Source of the DNA: Selaginella moellendorffii
Taxonomy: Eukaryota > Plantae > Lycopodiophyta
Length of the DNA stretch: 64,000 nucleotides
Assembly (NCBI RefSeq): GCF_000143415.4
Contig: NW_003314425.1
Span: 124,001-188,000, forward strand
Direction of reading: 5' to 3'
This document shows positions 37,571 to 50,049 of the stretch, piece by piece. Position 1 is the stretch's first letter. Each line of letters starts with the position of its first letter. A program made the position numbers and the translations under genes. The notes beneath the pieces were generated by a model. That model was not told where the DNA came from. It saw nothing but the letters and a program-made list of their open reading frames with translations, and did not search any database.

Positions 37571-39585
37571 ATGCGACCGGCATTCCGGCCGCAGCAGGAG
37601 CAGATCATGATCGCGGCGGTGTCCAAGCGCCGGGGATTCTTCCTGCTGTGGATCGCCTTCTTCCTCTGCCTCTTCGTCTACCAGAGCAATTACATCGCCC
37701 AGGTGAGTGGATCCAAGAGAATCGCGAGAGCGGTGCCCAGGCTCCGGCCAGTGGTCTTCAATCTCACGGATTTTGGGGGGATTGGCGACGGCAGGACGAT
37801 CAACACGCGCGCATTCGAGCGGGCTGTGGCTGAGATCTCGAGCGCGGCGGCCAAATCCGGGGGCGCGCAGCTCAATGTTCCTGCTGGCGTGTGGCTCACC
37901 GCTCCATTCAACCTCACGAGCCATATGACCTTGTTCCTCGAGGAAGATGCCACCATTCTCGCCACCCAGGTACTCTATCCATCGTCCTCCAAGCTTTCAT
38001 CGTTCCAAGTGTTCTAGCTCATCGTTCTAAGCGTTTTCTAGCAAAGAACTTTCTAGATCTTCTCGTTCAAAAATCTTCTCTTTGGTTTTCCTCGTTCCAT
38101 GCCCGATGCTTCGATCTTCCTCCATTCTTTCTTCCATTTCATACTCCTTTCTTTCTTTCGGCGTTCTAAGTGTTTCTAGCGAAGAACTTTCTAGTTTTTT
38201 CTCTTGATCTTCTCGTTCCAATTGAACTTCCTCCTCCTTCCATGCTCGATCCTCGATCTTTACGTGTGTTTGTGCGTCTTTCTCAAAGCTTTCTCGTAGT
38301 GTTTTTTTTGTTTCCATCTCCATACTTCCTTGTTCTAACTAAGAACTAACTGTGTATTATAACAGAGCGAGGACCTGTGGCCTCTCATGCAGCCTCTACC
38401 ATCCTACGGCCGTGGACGAGAGCTTCCCGGCCCCCGCTATGGAAGCTTGATTCACGGCCAGCATCTCGAGGACATTGTCATCACAGGTTCGTCATTTTCC
38501 TCGCTTCTATAACTTCATCAATCTCCAGCAGTGTGACCATACAGGACACAATGGGACCATCGACGGGAATGGGAGGAAGTGGTGGGAGAAAGCCAAGCGC
38601 AAACAGTTGAAACACACGCGGGGACGTCTCATCCAGCTCATGTGGTCTCGTGGGATCGAGATCTCCGACGTGACTTTGAGGAACTCGCCCTTCTGGACTG
38701 TGCATCCTTACGACTGCGAGAATGTAACCATCAGAGGCGTCACGATAATTGCTCCACCCGATGCTCCAAACACCGACGGGATTGATCCTGGTAAGAAACA
38801 ATGCAAGTTCGTGTGTAAGTAACTTCCTTTTCCAGATTCTTGTCGGAACGTTTTGATCGAGAGCTGCTACATAAGCGTCGGAGACGATGGTGTCGCTGTG
38901 AAGAGCGGATGGGATCAATACGGCATCGATTACGGCAAGCCTTGCGCAAACATCACCATCCGGAACATCCAAGTGAATGCTCCTGTGAGGTGGGAAGAAC
39001 TTCTTTTGCTTTCGGTCTATTCTTCTTCGTTGATCGATCAAAGTTGACGTCCATATCCACAGTGCTGGAGTTTCCATAGGAAGCGAGATGTCCGGAGGAA
39101 TCACCAACGTAACAGTGGAGAACGTTTTCATCTGGAACTCCAAGCGTGGAGTGAGGATCAAGACGACGCCAGGAAGGGGAGGCTATGTCACCCAAGTGTT
39201 CTACCGCAACATCACCATGGAAACCGTGAGAGTCGGCATCGTGATCAAGACCGACTATGGCGACCACCCGGACGAGTTCTACGATCCCACCGCGCTGCCG
39301 GTGGTGGAGAAGATCTTCTTCGACGGCATCTATGGCAGCGAGGTGAGAATTCCCGCGAGGATCTATGGCAGCAAAGAAGTTCCCGTCCGGGGGCTGGAGA
39401 TCCGCGACATGAACGTCGGCGTGACGAGGAAGAAGAAGCACGTATTCCAGTGCTCGTTCCTCCAAGGCGAGGTGTTTGGGACGATCTTTCCAAAGCCTTG
39501 CGAGGATCTGGGGACGAGCACGAGGCCGGGAGTTTTCAGAGAGGCAAAGATTACTTCCGAGAGTGATGGTGACGACGATGCTTAG
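37571..39585 (+). CDS. Polygalacturonase (GH28), multi-exon
   Basis: WLTAPFNLTSH, GTIDGNG, NSPFW, PNTDGIDP, GDDGVAVKSG, GSEMSGG, RIKT. Confidence 0.93.
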
Positions 39586-39813
39586 AAATCGAAGGAACCA
39601 CTCACGGTATCTTGTTTGAGCAAGAAAAAAACGTAACTTTCCTCCAAAAAAGCTGACAGCTCGTTAGAAAACACTCGTAAGAGCTCTTGATTTCTAGATC
39701 TTTGATTTAAAATGAGAGTACTTACAGAGAAAAAAAAATGGTTACTGTTGATTGAACCTACAAAATAATTCACAAGATGGTTGATAAGCTTACTTAGAAC
39801 TCGTTGACGAAAG

Positions 39814-42800
39814 TTAGAATCTCCGAAGCCTTGCAAGAGCACCTGGTAGAAAAAAAATTCCATTTTTTGTCAAAGTTCCTAGAAAGGCAGTAGCATTTAC
39901 CTGGAGCGCCAGCGATAGTGTCAAGAACATCTCTCGCCACGGAGAAGGTACCACCGCTTTCCTTCCTCCTTTCACAGAAGAGATGGCACAGGGGCTCTCC
40001 AGCCACTTTCCAAGCAAACGTGAAGCTGGGCCTGCACTCTTTCTCGTTTTCGCTCCCTGCTCGCGCTCGATCTAAGCAAAACTGGACGTGGTCGTGGACA
40101 ACGCTGTAGATGGCACAAGACTCTTGGTAGATCTGATAAATACTCTTCTTTGCTCCATCCAAGTTCGTGGATCCGGTATAAAGCATCTGAAAAAATCGTC
40201 CTTATGAGTGAAAACCAACGAGAAACTTAAAAAGCATCTGAAAAAATCGAGAAAAAACTTTTTTGTGTGATCAGCGAGAACCTTACCTGACAATACTGCG
40301 CAGCGATCTCGTCCGTCTTCTCGGCCGATTTCTCGTCCAAGGCCAGGCTCATTTCCAGACGATAGTTGTTAAAGTGCTGCCTCCACAAGTCTTTGTAGCT
40401 CAGGTAATTCCCGTAGACAAACTCCTCGTAGAACATCAGAGGTCCTGAAACAACAGAAAGCTTCCTCTCAAGAACAAAAGAAAAGCACGAGTTGTCCGTA
40501 CCTGTGAATTCCTTGGCTTCGTTTTCAATTACCTCGGTCACTACATTATAGATCTTTCCAAATATCGAGGTTGATCTATACACATTGTCCTGTTGCTGGA
40601 TCTTACGTCTATTCGGATTGTTGCTGTTCTCTTCGACTAGGAAATGCGGCTTGATCTTGTCGCACAATAGCCTATCCTCGATAGTAACCTGCGATGAAAT
40701 GCTCAAACCAAAGCTTTCACTGCAACTAAGCTAACCATTTCTCCGGTTTTATCCGCGTCCAGAGCCAAGTAGTACAAATCAGCGAGCTCGAGAAGGCAAT
40801 TCTGCCGAAACTCTCGTTCGCGTACATTGTCAAAGCTTGTGCTGAGATACTTGTCCATGTGAATCAGCCAGTTTGTGGCCGCTCGGGAGATTGCAAAGCT
40901 GCAAAACAATGAGAAAAATCAGTGACAGAAAAATGTAAAGATCGATCTTACTTTGGCTTGAATATAGCTCTGAGGAACATAGCCACTAAACGGCTCATTA
41001 TAACTTCGGGGCTCATCCCCAAGCAACTCGGCACGGCCGTGGTTCCGTTTGTTCTTTTCTCTTGCCATGGCAATTGCGGCTTATAGAGGTTTGAGACCTG
41101 CTAAGACGAAGGTCATCAGGAACAGAGATGGTAGTGTTTACAAAAAGAAAACCAGAAAACACACCTGCTCGTTCGTGCAAATCCAGTACAAATCACCGTC
41201 CAGATCGCTGTTTGCAATCTCGTGCACGACGGAACGAGGCCCTTTCGTCGGGAAGATTATAACGTACTTGCTGTTTCCGAGGGAACTCTCCAGTTCCTGG
41301 TTCCAAGTTGCCTCGAATACGTGAACGTCGCCGGGGTGCATCCCCGGGTGTTTATAAACGAGAACCTTGTGCCTATGCAGAGGTCCATTTTCTCTTCGAC
41401 AGAAAGAAACAAAAGGACAACGTGTAAGGAACAATTAAATGCCAGAGAGACACTTACAGGAGAATCGCGACTTGGTTTCTCGCAAGCGTGTTTGTGGGAT
41501 CTGCAGATCCCATCAAGTAGTACGAGCCTTCGAGTGGAACATTGGCTTTTGCGTAGCGTTTGAGCTGCGTTCGTATCATCGTCATTAGACTGTTTCTTAG
41601 AAAGTGATCCGTCAGCGGGATCCCTGCGAGAATCATCCTTCTCGGCATATCTCCGAACGAGAATCTCGAACAAACTGCATCAAACACAAAATGACGTCAC
41701 AGAGAAAGAGAAAGAAAAGAAGTTCGCCACTTTAGCTATAACTTACGCCTGTGAGCGGCAGCAATATCTTGCAGGGGAGTCATGGCCTTCGCAATCGCTT
41801 CTTGCACTACCTGGATGAAAAAACTTTCAGGAACACCCCCTTCCAGTAAGAGAGCTATCACGTAGCGTGACAAGCTTGCTACTGGTGGCTTGTGGCTATA
41901 CAAAAACTCCGGCCATTAGAGGTTAACATATTTCTCTCGTAATCTCTATACCTTGTGGTGCAAATCTCCAAAGAATTGAAGCTTGGACAGTTTGCCAGTT
42001 TGGGATCAGCCTTAACCTTGAGCATTGAATCCCTGTACACGATTGTTTTATGCTGAAGCTGCAAAGAGAGAGATTATTGTAAGCACCGAAATTAGGAGAA
42101 ACTCACTGTTTTTAAAGTTAGAAGCGTGCCTTTGACTGCTATCCCGTGATAGAAAAGACGTACTTGAAGCAGAGCAGGATACTCCTGTAGAAAACAATCA
42201 GCTCGATGAAAATGGAAAAAGAAGATCAACATCTGAAGCATTCACTGCAACTTGTTTCGCTAAATCCTCAGAAATGAATCCGGTTCCATCCGTATGGATC
42301 AAAGGCTTGCCGTTACAGCCCACTGCAATCTCTCCACCCGGATCATGCTGCAGCAAAGATAATCAATCTGTTAAAACACGCAGCACAACTTCGGACAAAG
42401 GCCGCAACTCTGCATGGAATGTCCTTGAAACAAACGACATTAATTTCGCTCATGTTTACGTTGGCTGTCCATGTTTTTGAGAGTGCCAGTTGCAGCCTAG
42501 AGCCAAGGAAAGAGGAAGTGCGTGAAAACCTGTTCAAGTAGAAACAATCATAGAAAACGAACCTCTTGTTGTAGAGCTGCAAGCATGGAACGGTGTGGAT
42601 GTGCATGATATACTTCCGACAGGCATCCATCGAGCGGAACTTCAAGAAGTGCGGGTCAACCAGGTCGCTCGCAGCGATGGATTTTGTACACACGAAAAAG
42701 GATCGTTGCTGCCGCGTTTGCTTGACTTTGCTCATGTTTTTGCGTTTTTTTTCTTCCTTGTGCACTAAAAGAAAACAAACTGAGTTCGAGAAAGAAAAAC

Positions 42801-43569
42801 TACAACAAGAGCAAAGATGATCAATCCATCTCGTACCAAAGTACTCGAAATGGCGAAGCCCAACGTTGAAGCCCCTCTCGATGATATCTCGATACATCTC
42901 TGGACTCGTAACTCCTTGGCAATTGAATCTCACCTGGAGAACTTTATCGTCTCCAAAAGCTCTCTGCAAGGGAGTCCTGCCATCCTCGTAATATGGCCTC
43001 TGCAAAAAGAGAGAGAAAAAAACATAAACTTTGATCGGTTACGCACGACAAGCCAGAGAAATAAATAGTCTACCTGGTAGGAAATCCTCCCATGCTCGTC
43101 GACATCACAGGTATACATCAGCGACTTTGGAACTCCAGAAGCGCTATTCTGGCAAGAACAAACAATGGCCTTTTGGAAACCAAGCAAGCAAAGCTCCTAG
43201 CCTACATTGAGCGGAAGTCGCTGCCTCGCATTCACCAGCGAGCATAAGTACGACTCGAAAGCTTCACACTTGACGTCCTTCATTTGTCTCAGCTCCTCCA
43301 CACCGAGACGACCCTTTGCAAGGCACTGGATGAGATACCTCTTGTAGAAGTCAAGCTCCCCCAATGCTCTATCCTCGGGGCTCACTGGAAGAACAAAAAA
43401 AAGTTATCTTGAGACACACAAAGAAAGCTCCACACGATCAAAGCAAACCTGGCAACTGGGACATGACGGCGTCGTCTTGCTCGAGGAACTCCTCCACGTC
43501 GTCTTGAGACCATCCGTGGAAGAGTCTCTTCCTCGCCACAGGCTCTTCCTCCCTAGCATCGCCCATCAT
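39814..43569 (-). CDS. RNA-dependent RNA polymerase, gamma clade (RDR3/4/5-like), many exons
   Basis: TPLQRAFGDDKVL, TDGTGFISEDLA, YLMGSADPT, VYKHPGMHPGD, FPTKGPRS..EIANSDLDGDLY, FAWKVAG. Confidence 0.88.
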
Positions 43570-43699
43570 CGTGTACGGGCGCCTAAAACCCCCAATCCAA
43601 CGTTCACATGCTCAAAAACTACAGCCCGACTAAATGCTCCCCCCGAGGAACCGGCGTCACACCGCGCGGCTCTGCGGTACCGCTAGCGGTATACCACAC

Positions 43700-44390
43700 C
43701 ATGTAATGCCATGTCAGCACCTACCATGAGCCCTAGATTAACCAGCGCGGCAGTCCACGCATTGGCCATCAGGACAAACGTGGCACCGTGCTCTACGCGT
43801 AATGGCCCGAGCTGGCTGCCACTGAGAACCGCGATCAGTGTGAAAGTTTGATCGCGTCGAAGCTAGCTAGATCCAATCGGCCGCAGCTTGCATACATGTG
43901 AATCAACGGGTTGAGCAGCATCTCCCTGTGAGAATGATCGCAAGCGCCGCAAGGAGAAGGATCCCAGCCACGCAATCTCGCAGTGGATCTCCTGCCCTAA
44001 CCCAGCCCCTCTAAATATCCCACATTCCCGCCCAATTCGAACAGCATACTCCACGTAGGGCATTCCACGTCACTATGCTGACAAGAGATTGTCACACTCG
44101 AACTCTTGCCACTTTGTCTCAGCACAATGCCTCCACAAACTAGGCTGTTTGTCTGCATTATTTTAGGAACTCTGATCATGCGTGTTTTTTTTTTTTTTTT
44201 TTTTTTTTTGTGTACAGAAAAGTTACTTGGGTGCAAAAGCATTTGCCCAATCAGAGGAAATTGAAGAGAAGCATTCAATGATAGCGCTGAGTGAGATGGT
44301 GCTTTGAGGTCTCGTGTGGACAGCATTGATGTGTAGCTTTCCGTGTTCGTCATTTTGGCAAATTTTCGATCGGATGCAGAAAGAAGTTTA
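43700..44390 (-). pseudogene. Heavily deleted remnant of the PPR gene at 46041-48872
   Basis: Shares ELGGNVG.L, GLG.EIH.EIA, LIHMYA.CGRLDLAS segments and 3' flank with the intact copy. Confidence 0.75.
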
Positions 44391-44990
44391 TCTAATTTAC
44401 GACCTTCAACATCATTTAATTATAATTTATATTAGATTAGATTTACATCATGATGCTGGTAGTGTCCAAATACAACACATTTCAACTTTTGATATATCAA
44501 GAAAATCAGTTCTAGTCTGAAGAGATTGACTATGAAGTCAAGTCGGTCCTGCCAAAACTTCGACAAGTCCCAAAAGCTAGTTGGAGACTTAACATTACGT
44601 TTCTCACCCAAACACAATAAAAAATGGTTTTGGTATAAATTATCAAATAGTAATATTATTTCTATTGTGGTTGCCGACATATCCAATCTTGAAGTCACAG
44701 AGTAAAATTATATTTAGTGTGTCCTAAAGTCCATAAGTAATAGCCAGTCAAGTTGACTTTGACTTCTTTTTACTTCTCATCTGGAGATCGTCTCTTGAAT
44801 GGCTCTGAAGTGAACGATTTCCGGATAAGAGATTCAATTATACTAATGGTGCTTGTATCATTTGGTGCGTTACAACGAAAAAACTGAAAATAATAAACCA
44901 AACACTAATATATCAATGCTGCAAACACTAGAACATTTGCACAACAGATTATTGTCAATCCTTTTATTTGGAACATGACCAAGTCTAGCT

Positions 44991-45395
44991 TCAGATGTCC
45001 CCAACGTTGGGATTTCCAGAGTCCCTGCAATTCCCACAATAGTTCAGTGTGGCCTCGCAATTACCCCCATCGAATGCATGGCTTCCGCAGAGTCGGCAAG
45101 GCTGGTTTTCATACACATGGAGAAACTGCTGCTTGAGAACTGCCCCACTCACGGATGGATAGTTGCCATCGCACCTGAAAATTGCGGTGCAATGGCCAGA
45201 AACACGAGAAGTGAAGCCATTGTAGATTGTTCCATCGGTGTAGCGAGAGATTGCTCGCCGGCAATCGGCCTGGTTGACGCGAGATCCACAGAGTCCAGAG
45301 CCATTGCAGTTGTCGTTCTTGGCGCAGCTGGAGGACCCAAGAAAGATCACAAGAAGAATAGCAAGAAGAGAAAAGAGCTTGAGAGAAGACGCCAT
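44991..45395 (-). CDS. Secreted KP4 killer-toxin-like protein, copy 1
   Basis: Signal peptide plus 10-Cys mature part with NCNGSGLC...SGAVLK...CRLCGS...TLNY, paralleling Ustilago virus KP4 NCRGSSQC...SGTEAC...CRVCGS...TVNY; TATA box upstream. Confidence 0.8.
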   Translation of the reverse strand: MASSLKLFSLLAILLVIFLGSSSCAKNDNCNGSGLCGSRVNQADCRRAISRYTDGTIYNGFTSRVSGHCTAIFRCDGNYPSVSGAVLKQQFLHVYENQPCRLCGSHAFDGGNCEATLNYCGNCRDSGNPNVGDI

Positions 45396-45589
45396 TGGAA
45401 TTTGCTAGAAAGAATGCGATTTTCATCTGGCTTATAAAGGGGTATTAGTATTACATGACCTTTTAATTTTTAAAGCTCTTATTATTTTATTTTTCTAATC
45501 GAGAACTAAAACTCAAGTGGTTCTCACCGCGGAAAATATCAACAGGAAAACAACAAAACTATCGTCTAAATAATGCTTCGTGAATTTTC

Positions 45590-45830
45590 TAAGCTTTTCA
45601 CGAGTAAACGTTGAGCTGTCTTTGCTTGGACTATTGATCACGATAAGAGTTACGTGATTCATCTAAAGAAGAAGTTTTGTTGTTTTCCTTGATATTTTGG
45701 ATCCACAGTTCTCGAGATGTCATCCTTGTTAAGGCTAGAAGCCTCCAGAAACGCAACCGTAGTCTATTTTAGAAAACCTTGCTCCTCCAAAAGCAATTGT
45801 AAGTACTTTGTTTCCTGGTGCTTGGACTCT
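45590..45830 (+). pseudogene. Decayed MAG glycosylase fragment (cassette unit 1)
   Basis: cttgatattttggat...accttgctcctccaaaagcaattgtaagtact resembles the last exon and 3' end of the intact MAG gene. Confidence 0.65.
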
Positions 45831-46040
45831 AATTCTCGCTTCTAAAACTATGTTCTATGTGCTTGATAGAGGTTTATTTTTCATCAGTTTCATGAGCCTT
45901 GAAACTTCAGCCATAAACGTCTGAGCCAACGAGTCTGCTATAATATGCTCTCTGCGGAACAAGTATGTGAGAAATATAGCTATGACCACTCCAAGCGTTC
46001 GCCATGTGTAATGCCATGTTAACACCTACCATGAACCCGT

Positions 46041-48872
46041 TCAGCCACCAGCAGTATACCGCGCGGCAGTCCACGCATTGGCCAGCAGCACAAACGTGCA
46101 CGGCTCCGGCACCGGCAGTACCAGCTCTTGAACCGCCCGCTGACCACGTGCCACGTCACCGTGGCTGCTACACGCGCCCAAGAGAGACATCCACGTCATC
46201 GCGTCGCGCGGCATGGCGTGGGAGAGCTCCTCGGCCCCTTCGAGCTGGCCTGCCCGCCCAAGCGCGTCCACGATGCACACGTAATGGTCCGAGGTGGCTG
46301 CCACGTGGTAGTCCGGCGCCATGGACGCTGCCAAGCCCAGCGCTGCCGCGACCATTCCCCTGTGGCTTAGAGCCGCGAGAACCGCGATCAGTGTGATCGC
46401 ATCCGGCATCAAGCCCTCGAGCTTCATGGCGGAGAAGAGATCCAGCGCCTGGGAATCCTGGCCGTGGCGCGCGAATGCCGTGATCATCGTGTTCCAGGAC
46501 ACCAGACCCCTGCGATCGATCGCGTCGAATCCTGCGCTAGCTAGATCCAATCGCCCGCATCTTGCATACATGTGAATCAACGCGTTGAGCAGCATCTCCC
46601 TGTGAGGACGATCGCAAGCGCCGGGATCCAAGAGCCCCAACCGCGCAATCTCGCCGTGAATCTCCAGCCCTAACCCCAGCCTCGCACTGCCCGCGCAAGC
46701 CTCCACAAGAACAAGCCAAGAAACCTCACCTAAATTTCCCACATTCCCGCCCAATTCAAACTCGCGGAAAAACACATCCAAAGCCACGTCAGCCTGGGAG
46801 CCCTCCACGTAAGCTGCCATGAGGGCATTCCAGGTCACCATGCCCTGCTTGGGCATCTTTGCCAGAATCTCCCTCGCTGCGGTTAGATGCCCCGTTTGGG
46901 CAAATCCAGTGACGAGCGCATTCCACGAGCTCATCTCTCTCTTGGGAGTTCGATCAAATGCCACCCTCGCGGCATCCATCGCGTTTTTGTCTGGATTTCT
47001 CGAGTAGCAGCTGAGCAGCGCGTTCCATGAGATTGTGGTGTGCTTGGGCATCCGATCGAAAATTTGCCTAAACGATGAAGAGCCACACATCAATGCCGTC
47101 CACGAGAACACATCGTGCTCACTCATTCGATCAAAGAGCTCTTTAGCATCGCGCGCCATGTCATTCTCACCAAAGATTGTGATCATCGAATTCCAGGACA
47201 CCAGATCCCACTGTGGCATGACCTCGAATTTTTTCGTTGCCTCTTCAATTTCCCCTGATTTGGCAAATGCTAACACTATTGCGGCCCAAGTAATTACATT
47301 CCTTTGTGGCATTTTACTAAACAAAGAAAAAGCACGATAAAAATTTCTAGAATTAAGGCAAACAAACAACATAGCGTTCGTGGAGACAACGTTGTGCTGA
47401 GGCATTAAATCAAAGCATTGTTCTGATATATTTATTTGCCCATTTTCGGCATTTGCGACCGTTAGAGTGATCCAAGAGCTTGAGTCTCGCTGTGGCATTC
47501 TCTCAAACAGAGAAACCAAAAGCCCAAGATCTTTTCTACTACAGTAATGGATCATGGAGTTCCAGGAGACGATATCGAATTGGGGCATTTTCGAGAATAG
47601 CTCCATCGCTCGATCGCAGCCCTCTTCTTGCGAGATCGATGTCAGTGCGGTTGTCCAGGAGATTAGATCCCTTTGCGGCATCGCCCAAAAGATCTCTGTC
47701 GCGGATTCAGCGCAACCACTGCTGGAGATCATCAGGTTCCACGAAGAAATGTCCCAGCAGGGCATTCTCCAGAAGAATTCCTCCATGCTTTCCCTGTTTG
47801 CGTGTGCCTTGAGGATCAGGTTCCAAGACACGTCGTTCCTGCGGGAAGATCGCTGGAAGAAATCGATAGAACTTTGAAGACCAAATCGACTCACGATGCC
47901 GCCGAGCACCGAATTCCAGGCGATCACATCCTGCTCTGGCAGCCTCTCAAACATTTCCATTGCTTCCTCGAATCGCTCCTCCGAGAGGCCCTGAATCATC
48001 GAATTCCAGGTCGATGCGTTGTGCTGTGGAGCGGCGTCAAAGATCTCTCGCGCTTTGGTCATCTCCCCACGCCTCAAATACGCCACAAGGATTGCGTTCC
48101 AGGAGAAAAGGCTGCGCTCCAGCATCCGATCGAAGAGATCCTTGGCCTCGTCGACACGAAGGGTGCTGCCAAGTGCCGCGATCATTGTCGTCCAGGCCAG
48201 GGAGAAGGAGGAAGAGTCCCCGGGAATCGCCAAGAACAACTCGATGGCGCTCTCCAGATGCCCGTTTTGCGAGAGCCACAAAACCATCGAATTCCAGCTT
48301 ATTCCATCCCGCGCTGGGATCTTCTGAAACATCTGATTTGCGCGGTCGAATCTGCCGCAGTCAAGACACCCCTGGATCATCGCATTCCAAGAAACAAGAC
48401 ATCGATTGGGCATCCAATCGAACAAAGCTTCGGCATTTTGCAAATCCCCGGCCGCGGCATACGCTAACATCATCGTTGTCAACGTGATGGGATTCCACTG
48501 CGGCATTTTTGAAAACAACGATGTTGTCTCGTGGAACTTCTTGTTGCCTGCGCAGCTTGCCATGATTGAGTTCCATGAAACGGCATTTCGATTTGGCATC
48601 CGATAGAAGCAGAGCACGGCCTCTTCCGAATGCCCGGTCTGGGCAATTGCTGTGAGCATGATGTTCCACGAGTAAACGTTGGGGTTCTCGATCTGTTGGA
48701 ACGCAGCTGCTGCCTCGCGCAAGCTCCCGAGCCGCGCATACATTTGAACGACCAGATTCGCGAGAAATGTGCTCCAGTTCGAGCTGCTTCCATGGACATG
48801 CGCGTGCAAGCGTCGTCCCTCCGCAAGGCTACCACAGCGACGGACTGCTCTCGCCAAATGGTCCTCGATCAT
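46041..48872 (-). CDS. PLS-E class PPR protein, intronless
   Basis: 943 aa ORF of PPR repeats with HYVCIVDALGRAG, WMSLLGAC, FVLLAN. Confidence 0.93.
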   Translation of the reverse strand: MIEDHLARAVRRCGSLAEGRRLHAHVHGSSSNWSTFLANLVVQMYARLGSLREAAAAFQQIENPNVYSWNIMLTAIAQTGHSEEAVLCFYRMPNRNAVSWNSIMASCAGNKKFHETTSLFSKMPQWNPITLTTMMLAYAAAGDLQNAEALFDWMPNRCLVSWNAMIQGCLDCGRFDRANQMFQKIPARDGISWNSMVLWLSQNGHLESAIELFLAIPGDSSSFSLAWTTMIAALGSTLRVDEAKDLFDRMLERSLFSWNAILVAYLRRGEMTKAREIFDAAPQHNASTWNSMIQGLSEERFEEAMEMFERLPEQDVIAWNSVLGGIVSRFGLQSSIDFFQRSSRRNDVSWNLILKAHANRESMEEFFWRMPCWDISSWNLMISSSGCAESATEIFWAMPQRDLISWTTALTSISQEEGCDRAMELFSKMPQFDIVSWNSMIHYCSRKDLGLLVSLFERMPQRDSSSWITLTVANAENGQINISEQCFDLMPQHNVVSTNAMLFVCLNSRNFYRAFSLFSKMPQRNVITWAAIVLAFAKSGEIEEATKKFEVMPQWDLVSWNSMITIFGENDMARDAKELFDRMSEHDVFSWTALMCGSSSFRQIFDRMPKHTTISWNALLSCYSRNPDKNAMDAARVAFDRTPKREMSSWNALVTGFAQTGHLTAAREILAKMPKQGMVTWNALMAAYVEGSQADVALDVFFREFELGGNVGNLGEVSWLVLVEACAGSARLGLGLEIHGEIARLGLLDPGACDRPHREMLLNALIHMYARCGRLDLASAGFDAIDRRGLVSWNTMITAFARHGQDSQALDLFSAMKLEGLMPDAITLIAVLAALSHRGMVAAALGLAASMAPDYHVAATSDHYVCIVDALGRAGQLEGAEELSHAMPRDAMTWMSLLGACSSHGDVARGQRAVQELVLPVPEPCTFVLLANAWTAARYTAGG

Positions 48873-49644
48873 TCATGGAACTCCATAAACTAAATTTAAT
48901 GGTTAACCATATTTCTCCAATTACCTCTAACATAATTATAATTAAACTATAATTTGGCTTTCACCTTTATAGTTAAAATAATGCTATCTAGATTTTTAAC
49001 GAAGTCAGTGCCAAATATATAATACGAATACTGTGTCCAAATACAACACGTTTCAAATTTTAGTCTCGAGATATTCAGTTTAAAGTCAAGTTGGTCTTGC
49101 CAAAAGCTGGAGAAATTCTAGCAGTTACAGTTTAATATGGTGAGACATTTCTCACCAGAACACCTATGCCGCCAGTTTGATCATGCAGTGCTTCAGGTAA
49201 TGTAGTTTTTATTGTGGAAAATTCGTAATATTATTTTTATTGTGGATCAGTCAATTTGACTTTGACTTTTTTTCTTGGCAGATATGTATCTAAGATAGAG
49301 TCTATCTCAGATCTTCACTCTATCCAAGGGACCAAGAGTGATAAAGTATTCAATTTGCGGCCCTGTGGAGTGAATGATTTTCACAAAAGATGCTAGTAGT
49401 TTTGCAAAGTCACAGCTTCTATGATCGAAAGTTCACTGCAAGCAAAAGGAGATTTATCAATCAAGTCCAAAGTTTTATCAATATTATTGGAGCGTGCCAT
49501 TCAAGACTAGAGGGACCAGACATCCATGTAGTTCCCATGCTACATAGTTAGACATAAACAAACCATACATACATTCAACATCTGGTGAAATAATGCTGCA
49601 AACACTTGCACAGCTTATTTAGAACATGTCCAAAGTCTAGAACT

Positions 49645-50049
49645 TCAGTTCTTCACGGCATTGGGATTTCCAGAGTCCCTGCAATTCCCACAATAGTTCA
49701 GTGTGGCCTCGCAATTGCCCCCATCAAATGCATGGCTTCCGCAGAGTCGGCAAGGCTGGTTGTCATACACATGGAGAAACTGCTGCTTGAGAACTGCCCC
49801 ACTCACGGATGGATAGTTGCCATCGCACCTGAAAATTGCGGTGCAATGGCCAGAAACACGAGAAGTGAAGCCATTGTAGATTGTTCCATCGGTGTAGCGA
49901 GAGATTGCTCGCCGGCAATCGGCCTGGTTGACGCGAGATCCACAGAGTCCAGAGCCATTGCAGTTGTCGTTCTTGGCGCAGCTGGAGGAGCCAAGAAAGA
50001 TCAGAAGGAAAGTAGCAAGAAGAGAAAACAGCTTGAGAGAGGACTCCAT
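49645..50049 (-). CDS. Secreted KP4 killer-toxin-like protein, copy 2
   Basis: 134 aa; mature region nearly identical to copy 1. Confidence 0.8.
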   Translation of the reverse strand: MESSLKLFSLLATFLLIFLGSSSCAKNDNCNGSGLCGSRVNQADCRRAISRYTDGTIYNGFTSRVSGHCTAIFRCDGNYPSVSGAVLKQQFLHVYDNQPCRLCGSHAFDGGNCEATLNYCGNCRDSGNPNAVKN

